A stretch of DNA of 64,000 bases from Psammoneis japonica. Its lineage: Eukaryota. The notes under the pieces were generated by a model. It had not been told where the DNA came from and did not search any database. It worked only from the letters and a program-made list of their open reading frames with translations. Made by a program: the position numbers and the translations under genes. Positions 52,991 through 63,034 of this stretch are shown here, one piece after another (position 1 is the first letter of the stretch; each line of letters starts with the position of its first letter). Where the stretch lies: contig QPGO01000112.1 in NCBI GenBank assembly GCA_008632985.1, forward strand, positions 1 through 64,000, given 5' to 3'.

Positions 52991-53789
52991 GATGCTTTTC
53001 GTTTCCCTTTGCGCAAAGGTTCTGTCACAAAAAAGTGAGACGAAAGTGTGCCTCTTTCACCTCGACGGAAGAGTGGCGTGTGTGTTCCTCCCACGTCCTT
53101 CTTTGTGCCAGACGTGTGACACCCTGCTCAGTTTCGTTGACGTTGAACATCCCATGGGACAAGATTTGGATCTTGTTCAAGTTGTTTCGACCATCTGCTC
53201 TGAACATTCCATGGGGCAAGATTCGGATCTTGTTCAAGTTGTTTCGGCAATCTTGGTGGTGGGCGCAGCTTTGCGCAAATTCCGCAGAATCACGCTTTGG
53301 CGAGTGGTGGGGCAGTTGAGTTAGTCGTGTGGCAGTGACAACACGATTGACATCATTCGTGTTTCCAAAGTGCGCGCGAATCCTCCAAATGGGTGATGGG
53401 CCCACCTTAGCTAACTGCCGGTGCAGCAGTGACAGTGATGGCGTTGACCGTTTGGTGACTAGATTTCGTGTGCGATGGCCGCGCGGCAGTGACGGCTGAA
53501 ATGCACATGAAGCACGGACGGAATTGCACGTGATTTTACGCATTTTCAGTGAACTTGGTGCGACTTTGCGTGCTCCGATCCTTGCATCTGTTTTGTTCAA
53601 ATTGAATCCACACACCACTTGCAAGTGCTGACACCTGGAAGGTCACCTTGTTGCAGTTCGACGTGTTTGGATCTAGTTGCTGACGTTGCCAGTTCTCCTT
53701 GGCATGATGTGCGCAGCTCTGCTGGGTCTTTCTTGGCACTTCTGAACGATCGCACTTTTTGTTCCCACAATTTCTCTCCGACTGATTTG

Positions 53790-54662
53790 ATGGCACGCAA
53801 AAGAAACACAATGACCTCCCCGGCTGCGAAAGCCAAAGTCGCCGAAACCAAACAGAAGAAGGCAAAGACGAAGTTTTCTGATGCTCTGTTGAAGAAACTG
53901 GGTCCACCCCGCAAGACCAACAGCTTGACCGACGACGACCTTAAACCGGAAGACTGCCTTGCCAAGCACGGGTTCAAGCTTTCCAAATCCGCCGGCTCTG
54001 ATGATGGCAGCCATTCCGACAAGGACGCCCTCCTGCGCTGCGCCACCATCACTGTCGGCCGCAAGAAAGGCGTCGTTTTTCGTCTCCAAGCCAAGAATCC
54101 CCTTTTGACCAATGTTTGGTCGGAGAAGGTTCTGTTTGATGACCATCGCAGCAGGACTCCGTGGGCGGTTCAAGTTGGATTCCACCCTTGTGCTGGCAGG
54201 TGGGTTCACGAAGGCGAGTTGCAGACGAACGCCAAGAACTGCGCCGTGCGTCTCTTCTTCATCTTCCTCGAAGAAGTCCCAACCGATGCCAAAGTGCGCG
54301 GCCTTGGGAAGCACATTGCAAAGCAGCTCAATGATGACCCTGAGAACAACACCAAGGTCTTCGTTGAAGACGACTTCTTCTGGATGAAGGATGCTGTTTG
54401 GTCCAAAGTGATCGGCAACGAGGCGGCGCTTGCCGAGCTTCAGAAGGAAGGTGGTCAGTTTCACATCGGTTGGTGCGCCCAAAACAAGAACTTGCTTCAC
54501 AGTTGCTTCTACGAGGGGTCGTTGCCTGTGGAACTCTGTCGTCTCATTGGAGCTCCGGTGAAAGAAGCTGGAGAAGAGGCCGACAATGATGTCGAGCTCA
54601 ACTGCGAAGTTGACCTGAACGTCAATGACGACTTGGTGCTTCAGGACAGCGACGAAGACTGA
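53790..54662 (+). CDS. Hypothetical protein (intronless, TA-depleted, probable TE cargo)
   Basis: ~290-aa ORF from ATG, basic N-terminus, acidic C-terminus; no family recognised. Confidence 0.5.
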   Translation: MARKRNTMTSPAAKAKVAETKQKKAKTKFSDALLKKLGPPRKTNSLTDDDLKPEDCLAKHGFKLSKSAGSDDGSHSDKDALLRCATITVGRKKGVVFRLQAKNPLLTNVWSEKVLFDDHRSRTPWAVQVGFHPCAGRWVHEGELQTNAKNCAVRLFFIFLEEVPTDAKVRGLGKHIAKQLNDDPENNTKVFVEDDFFWMKDAVWSKVIGNEAALAELQKEGGQFHIGWCAQNKNLLHSCFYEGSLPVELCRLIGAPVKEAGEEADNDVELNCEVDLNVNDDLVLQDSDED

Positions 54663-54881
54663 GTTGTTTTTTTTTTGCCGGCGCAGTGTAAATTTGCAAA
54701 TGTTCAGCAAACTGAGTGTCGATTGCAACTCAGCTTTCCTCTGTCTCTTCAAGTGTGTGCCATCTCCGACGACAACTTGTCGTTGCCGCGAAGCAATGGT
54801 GAATTGAGTGGAGCAACTAGCGTGTGACGTCTGGCACAGTGATGGCAAAAAAACAGCTCAGTTGAGTTCTTAAGTAAAATT

Positions 54882-57800
54882 TGCAGCATGCCTCGCCACT
54901 GGACAACACGGCGAGACCGTGCACAAGCCTCTTGTGCGTGGCAACGCAGCATTGTTAACACGCACCTGGGAAGCACGACCACAGGAGGGCGTGGCTCTGG
55001 GTCTCAGGCAATTCCAGAAGGATGCCAAGAGAGCATCCGTGTGAAGCACACTGGCCCGTCGTCTGGCCCATGATGGCAGCGTGATTCCACACGATGACAT
55101 CACTCGTGCATGGCGCGTGATGGCTTGATTCGCACGATCCACAATGCGAACGCACGATCGATTTAATGCGATCCAAATGCAAACGAATGGGGATTTGGCA
55201 AGATTCCCCATTCGCACGATCCCATTTTCTCTACTCCAAACCAGCTCACAATTTTCACAACGACAAAGTCGCAGCACATCTTCTTTTTCAGCGCCCAGTG
55301 CATGCATGGGGCACAGCAACATCACTCCCGCACATTGTGCCAGGTGACGAAATCTGCAGAAACGAAACTACGAAATGTTGGTGGGACCGACAAATCTCAA
55401 AACGACCATGAAGAAGCGGATTGAGCCGCCGATTCCGTTCGCACGGCCGGAGAAGAAAGAGCTGCAGCAGGGCAAGTGCCAGACGTTCAAGCTGCGTAAC
55501 AACCCCGCTGATCCGGACAGTCCAATGCACGAGATGGGCATCCCGTGCCTTTCTGCGGCCACATGCGAGACACTCCCAATCTTTCTGCGCAACGTGGATC
55601 GCGTGCACGAAGGACAAAACATCGCGACCGGGCCAGCGAAATTTGCCCTTGTGCGTGACTTGCTGCAGGGCGATGCTCTGACGTCATTTGACAATGCCGC
55701 TGACAAGCAGGCATCCCAAACCAACGCCACGTGCGCAGCATGCGTCGCGAAGCTAAAGGAAAGCATCTTCCCAAATGGGGCGGTGCTGCTGCAGAAGCGT
55801 TGTCTGCGGCGCTTCATGCGCAAGCCCGCAGAGGTTTCTACTCGTGACTACGTCGCGAGGGCTGTTGAAATTAACGGCTATATCTCTCAGTTTCCACCCG
55901 TGACGGAGGATGGAGAAACACCGGCACCATTACCTAATGACGAACTATGCGATGTGTTCGAGTACGGTGTGCCGAACGCGTGGCAGAAGTTCATGACGCT
56001 ACAGAATTTTGACCCGTTGGCGCATACTATCGCCGAATTTGTACAGTTCTGCGAGCGCATCGAGCAGGTCGAGCTTACCGAAGGTAACCAGGACCAACAT
56101 ACTAAGGTTCTACGTAAGTAGGGACGTAGAATGGACAATCTTGAGTCGTTGATCACGACCCAGCGGAACACCCAGAAGTCGTGTATGCTACACGGGACTA
56201 ACTGTGGACATGATACGGAAGATTGCCGTCAGCTCAAGCACCACGTGAAACGTGTCAAGACTGGACATTCCAATAACGGAGGCGGCAAGCCTAATACAAA
56301 ACCTCGGAATGAGGAAGATATTAATACTCTCATCGGATCGAAGGTCGAGGAGTACTTTGCCAACGCTCAGAAAAAGCGTAAGGCCCGCGAGGAGGAGCTT
56401 AATCACTTCCGCGACCTCAACTTAAGTGATTCCGAAGATTCGGACGCCTGAGAAGGGGGCCGACACGATACAGGTAGTTTTAATACATTAGATGAATGTA
56501 TAAATGAACAACTGAATTACCATCGTACACGTGTTGTAGGCCAATCCCGTAAACGAGTTAAAAAGACTCATCTTACTCCAATCTTGTTTGTAGCTATGAA
56601 TACTAAACATGGCAAGGGCAAGACTCAAACTATTAAGGCACTACTAGATAGTGGCGCTAGCAGTACTCTACTCGATAGTCGATACTGTAAACGTCTGCGA
56701 AGCCATTCAACGGCTGAGACAAACTGGACTATGTACATACGGTAGCAGGCTCGTTTAGTACGTCTAACGACTGTACCGTTAAATTTCGGTTACCAGAATT
56801 ATCCGAAACTGCAGAACTTAAGCATACCGTCCACGTACACAACGGAAAGTTGGGCAAGTACGATATGATTATTGGACGTGACATTCTGGAGACACAAGGC
56901 ATTGATATTGTCTTCTCTAAACAGATGATAGAGTGGCCATTAGTCAATGGAGAAGTACCAATGAGGCACGTAGATGCTACGGTGGAAACCTCCTTCTATC
57001 TTCAAGATCCAGAAGCCTTATCTTCGGAAACCGACCGGATTTCGCGTATTTTAGACGCTAAGTACGCGCCGGCCTGCCTCGAGGACATAACGCGAGGGAC
57101 AATAGGACTTTCTATAGTTCAACAAAACGACCTTTTGGCACTATTGAAACGCCATGAGTCCTTATTTGATGGGACATTAGGAGAATGGAAGGGAGAACCC
57201 TACCATATCCAACTCAAGGAGGGTGTAGAACCATACCACGCTCGTCCGTATAAAGTACCTCGTGCGTACGAAGCTACGCTACGTAAGGAAGTAGAGCGCC
57301 TAGTACGTATCGGTGTTCTCAAACGCGTTAACCGATCCCAATGGGCAGCTCCATCATTTATCATACCGAAGAAAGATTTAACGGTACGCTTTATTAATGA
57401 TTTGAGAGAGCTGAATAAACGGATTAAGCGATTGCCTTATCCGATTCCTCATATCCAAGATATGCTACTTAAGCTCGAAGGCTTTATGTGGGCTACATCG
57501 CTGGATTTAAACATGGGCTATTATCATATCCGATTGGATACTGATAGCAAGAAGCTCTGCACGCTCAACTTCCCGTGGGGCAAGTATGAGATGCAGGTAT
57601 TGCCCATGGGATTATGTAATTCGCCAGACATTTTCCAAGAACGCATGTCAGGCTTATTTGAAGATCTATCGTTCGTTCGAACGTACTTAGATGACCTTCT
57701 CGTCGTGACGAAAGGCACCTATGAAGATCACCTCAACAAACTTGAAGAAGTTTTATTGAGGGTCCAGAAAGCAGGACTAAAAGTCAACGCAACTAAATCT

Positions 57801-60190
57801 CACTTCTGTCAAACCCAATGTTAGAACACTTGGGTTATCTGGTTGACAGAGACGGAATACGACCAATGCCTGATAAAGTCGACGCCATTAAGCGAATCGC
57901 GACGCCAACCAACAAACGCGACCTACGTTCATTCATTGGCATGGTGAACTGCTGCCGCGACACGTGGATTAGACGTTCTGAAGTCTTGGCTCCGCTGACA
58001 CGACTCGCAAGCGCGACTGTCAAGTGGGAGTGGACGTCCGTTGAAGACGAGGCGTTCGAAACCGTTAAACAGGTGACATCGGATGATGTTTTGTTGTCAC
58101 ATCCTGATTTTAACAAACCCTTTGAGACACATGCCGATGCCTCTAAATGTCAATTGGGAGCAGTTGCATCCCAAGATGACAAACCTGTCGCCTTTTGCAG
58201 CAGGAAGCTTGACAGTGCACAACCAAATCATGCAACAACGGAGAGAGAATTGCTCGCCATTGTGGAGACGTTGAAAAAATTTCGAACGATTCTCCTTGGT
58301 CATCGTGTGATCATGTGTGCTGATCACAAAAATCTTACATGCAAAGCATTCAACACCGAGCGCGTCATGCGCTGGCGGTCAACATGCGAAGAATGCGGTC
58401 CCGAATTACGCCATGTCAAGGGTGCCCATGGCCCAGTCGCTGACGCTCTTGGTCGCCTTCGACCAGCACCCAGCTTGCCTTCCGAGGCCAATCCGGATGT
58501 AAAAGACACTCCATCGAGTCGTCCTTTGCATGAAGCCTTTAACACAGACGCTCAAGATGAGCCATCTCTGCCCATCAGCTTCAAGCGCATTCAAAAAGCA
58601 CAACAAAAGGACAAGTGCCTGCTCTCAAGAGCTGAGGACTCATCTGACTGCTCCATTCGCGCGCATCGTGGGGGAGGGTCATCACGACAGCCAATCTGTC
58701 ATAAGGACAAAATCGCAGCACCACAGTCATTGCAGGTTCCGCCAACTGAATGGTGCCACGAGACACTGTGTCATCCAGGTGAGACACGCACGGAAATGTC
58801 CATTGCCCAGCACTTCTGTTGGCCCAGCATGAGGTCTACGGTGCATTCTACGTGCGTCAAGTGCGATCAATGCCAGAAGACAAAACGCCGAATGCAGCGT
58901 TGTGGGAAGCCACCAGAAAAGGTCGCAGAGACAATTCCATGGGAAACTCCATGCATGGACATGATGGGGCCACATAAAGTTCAAAGACGCGGAAAGGACA
59001 CCTTGCAATTGTGGGCAGTCACAATGATTGACCCAGCAACCGGGTGGTTCGAGATTGAAGAAGTGTCTACGAAACGCGCAGACGTCGCAGCAAACGTCGT
59101 GGAACAAACGTGGCCATGCAGATGTCCGTGGCCAACCCAGGTGGTTTATGACCGTGGGACAGAATTTGTGGCAGAATTTAGCCAGATGATTAAAAATGAC
59201 TGTGGGATTTTGAAGAAACCCACAAGCAAACGGAATCCACAGGCAAATGCCATGGTGGAACGTGTGCACCAGACACTTGGTAACATGGCACGTTCCTTTT
59301 CAGCACAGGATGTGGAACTGGACGAAGATGACCCATGGAGTGGCATCCTCTCCGCAGCAGCCTTCGCTGTTAGAGCTGCGGCACACACGACCACGCGTGC
59401 AAGTCCCATGCAATTGGTCTTCGGACGCGATGCGGTTTTGTCTGTTGCCCATCGTGCTAAGTGGAAGTGCATAGAAACCAGAAAGCAGAAGCTTGTCCAC
59501 TTAAACAACAAGTGTGAAAATCAGAAATGCAAGGAGCATCAACACACCGCAGGGCAGTTGGCACTTGTCAAACAGGAACAATCCTCTAAATGCAGTTCTG
59601 ACAGCTGTGCAGGACCCGCCAGAGTTGTCCGTGCATGTGACAACGGCACGTTGCGTGTCCAGAACGGAGCGCTGACAGATGCGTGTGATCTACGGCAGAT
59701 TGTGCCCCATCACCAGCAAGACATTCTGTCACTTAACGGCCCTGATCATGGGGGAGTGTGCAGCATGCCTCGCTGCTGGACAACACGGTGAGACCGTGCA
59801 CAAGCCTCTTGCACGTGGCAACGTGGCATTGTCAACACGCACCTGGGAAGCACGACCACAGGAGGGTGTGGCTCTGGGTCTTGGGCAATTCCAGAAGGAT
59901 GCCAAGAGAGCATCCGTGTGAAGCACACCAGCCCGTTGTCTGGCCCACGATGGTGGCGTGATTCCACACGATGACATCACTCGTGCATGGCGCGTGATGG
60001 CTTGATTCGCACGATCCACAATGCGAACGCACGATCGATTTAGTGCGATCCAAATGCGAACGAACAGGGATTTGGCAAGATTCCCCATTCGCACGATCCC
60101 ATTTTCTCTACTCTAAACTAGCTCACAATTTTCACAACGACAAAGTCGCAACACATCTTCTTTTTCAGCGCCTGGTGCATGCATGGGGCA
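54882..60190 (+). mobile_element. Full-length Ty3/Gypsy LTR retrotransposon
   Basis: 432-bp TG...CA LTRs at 54882-55313 and 59759-60190, 4-bp TSD AATT, PPT ggggag; gag 55408-56451, protease LLDSGAS, RT YLDDLL, RNase H DAS, integrase HPG/DRGTEF/NPQANAMVER in Gypsy order. Confidence 0.95.
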
Positions 60191-60194
60191 AATT

Positions 60195-61048
60195 GGCTGT
60201 TTCACGACGGGCAAATGCTTCCGTTCCAAGTGTGTCGGAGTGGGACGTCGCATGTGCTGGCTGGTTGACTGAGAAGTCTCCTCTTTCTTGGTGCACTTGT
60301 GGAAGATGAGATGTTTCACGTCTCCGCTGTGCCACAAAAAGTCGCCATCATGGCAATCCGCTGTGAAGGACTCGCACATCCACTCTCCCGCATGCGACGC
60401 GAACAGCGGATCTAGCGCCACCACCACGGTCCCAGCACGACACAACTTCGAAAGCATCGCCTCTGCCTTCTGCTGTGTGTTCTTGTCGTCGACCATGCGG
60501 GAGTTGCAGTTGTTGAAGAACACCTTGAGTCCTTTCTTTTTCCACAAAGGAGCCAGCCTCTCGTCCAAGAATGACTTGTTGATCAACTCTAACCCGCCGT
60601 TCGAGCAAAGGCCAGCACGATGAGCCCAACGTACAGCCTCTTGGTGATGATCGTGGTCGGCCTCGATGCTCACCACGGTGCAACGGCGACGAAGTAACTT
60701 GAGCCCGATGCTGGGTCCGGCAACCCCCCCGCCCATGTCGACAGATGTGTTGCAGGTGTGATTCACACCAAGAAGGCGTTCGTTCAAAAACACTTCGCTG
60801 CTCAAAGCGAAGCCAACTTCGCCGCCGTGCAAAGATCTGCTTCCGTCTCCGGAGACACGCCTGCTCTGGAACGCGGAGTCCGGAGCCGTTTGAAGACAAA
60901 ACTCCCTGACACTTCTGCAATTGTGGATCATCGTATCCAACCTTGTGGCAACATCAACCTTGCTTGCAGCGGGTTCGACCAGACGTCGCGTTTCCAAACC
61001 AAACTGTGACGTGTGCAGAATGTGTAAAATTGCCGTCGCGCCCTCCAT
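60195..61048 (-). pseudogene. DOT1-like class I SAM-dependent methyltransferase (mutated; 3' end abuts the Gypsy insertion)
   Basis: LHGGE (cf. YGE), VDMGGGVAG (motif I), VSIE, LINKSFL, KVFFNNC (cf. DOT1 VIFVNN). Confidence 0.6.
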
Positions 61049-61342
61049 GCATGCGAAATTTTCAAACGCGGCATGCTGCCTCTACCTGTGTGTGGAGTGA
61101 CATACAAAGTCATTTTAAACAGATGTGTGGACGCATTGAAATGACAAGACGCCTTCAGGCGATAAAATTTGTTTTGAATCTCGGCCTGCTTCTCATCGTC
61201 ACCGCACTTGTACATCCGTGTAATTCAAATGCACGAGCTGGCATGGCACGCGACGCACTTCTACGCGAGAACTCGCACTGAGATTGCCGTGGGATGATCC
61301 TCCCTCCGCGGAGACAAAAACAACGCGACAACACTTCCGTCA

Positions 61343-62812
61343 TTGTGTTTTGAAACACATTTCAAATTGAGACACACCATGTTGCAACTGCCTCGTGCCT
61401 CGCTGCGTTGTCCTGCCAACGACAAGCACTTGTCGCGATCGAGTTACAGCCGGTCTCGACAGTGTGGGGGTTTGGGACGTGCAGCTCGCAGCCCAACAAC
61501 AAGCAAGTGCTTCTCGCGATTGGGTTTCGACCCCACTCCCCTGGAGTCTGCCGGTCCCTGTCAACAGAGTTTTGCTTTGGGTGCTCTTGAGGCAACGGAA
61601 AGCAGACACATCTCTCGATCAGGTTTTGACCCCACTCCCCTGGAGTCCGCTGGTCCCTGTCGACAGAGTTCTGCTTTGGGCACTGTTGAGACGACAGCGA
61701 CAGTGTCAAGCAGTGGAACATTTGCCGGCAAGTTCGCACACACGTTCTCTGCGAACACCGCATCGTCAATGCGCACCAGGACATGCGAGAACGTGTTGAG
61801 GGCTCAACCGCCACTTCGCAAGGCCCACCGCAGCTGCAGGCGAATCCGCAGCCACGCCAGTGGGAAAACATCCAAGATTGCTCGCCTCGTTCCACTCGCA
61901 CCGTGCGCCACTAAGAGTCTCTCCATGCACTGCGTAGCTGACCGCACTCTAGTTTGTGACGGCGACTACACTCAGCCTGCACCACCTTGTCTTGCTGACA
62001 TTGACTTTGCCGAATTGGCTCCTCTGGTCGTCTGTGACCCTGTGCTCGATCTGAAGCCTTTCTTTGGCTTGGACGGTTGCCGCTGCGACAACACCTGCAC
62101 CCTGCTGCCGCGTTCTGCTGTGGTGTTCAGCTCCCCCAACCCAGCAGAACTAGTTGCTCAGTGCTGAGCGCTCGAAGCACTAGATTGCTGCACCGCCCAG
62201 TCCACCGTGCACGGCAAACAACGCGTTACCTTCATGGAGACGGACAGGAGCAAGCATTCCACGATTGGCCTGGCTGCCATGAGAGACGCTCGAATTTCTT
62301 GCAAGCAGCCTGGCATGGCCGACCAACACACTCACCACCTCACCAGACTTCTTTCACGCATGGAGCACCTTGTCAATGAGTGCGTGGACCATGCCATCCT
62401 CAAGGGTGTCGCTCGTGTCAAAAAGTTTCACAACTGGAAATCCCTGGCACGGTCAGATGGCATTTTCTCCTCTCTGGCGGCTGGGCGCAATGTCTTCCTC
62501 AATGCCCATCGGGACCAGGACTTCTTCCTGTCAGTGGTCACCATGGTGGGAGTCCCTCCGTCCGGCAGCCACACCATGAATGATGGGATTGTGGCGTGCT
62601 TCTGCTTCCCTGCCGAAGGCATCTCCGTTGCACTCCGGCTTGGTGATGTCATCATTTTTAACCCCACCAAGTGCCACCGCATCTCCAGCAGGACAAACTC
62701 AAACGACGAGTTCTTCTGCGTGTCTCTCTACCTGAAGAGTGCTGCAGTGGGCAAGAGTGACAATTCAATCCCCCTTTCTCTAGAGGAAGAGACCATTCTC
62801 AGGCGACTGTGA
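61343..62812 (+). pseudogene. 2OG-Fe(II) dioxygenase, TET/JBP-like C-terminal domain; one in-frame TGA at 62165-62167
   Basis: LNAHRDQDF (HxD), FCFPAEGISVALRLGDVIIFNP..H, CVSLYLK; ORFs 61343-62167 and 62207-62812 share a frame; ~99-bp internal duplication at ~61510-61695. Confidence 0.55.
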
Positions 62813-63034
62813 CAGTGCAAAATAACTTGCTAAATTTGCGTAAATTTGCTGACTTTCTGTGCTCAGGCGACTGTGCAGGCACCTGCCAATTTGCTGGATT
62901 TGCGCAAATTTGCCGACTTTCTGTTCTTCCTCGTTCCCATTTTTCGAACCACAACTGGGGCTACGCCTTTCCAACCAATGCTGCAGTTTCGCTGAAAAAC
63001 ACCAACACACTGTGCTGCTAATTTACAGAGCACA

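Noticed and set aside
57818..59791. Alternative genetic code or ADAR-type RNA editing as the cause of Tyr->Cys/His
   Set aside because: Host genes and the RT island use Tyr normally. Changes hit both strands, non-coding LTRs and DNA elements, and differ between the LTRs of one insertion.
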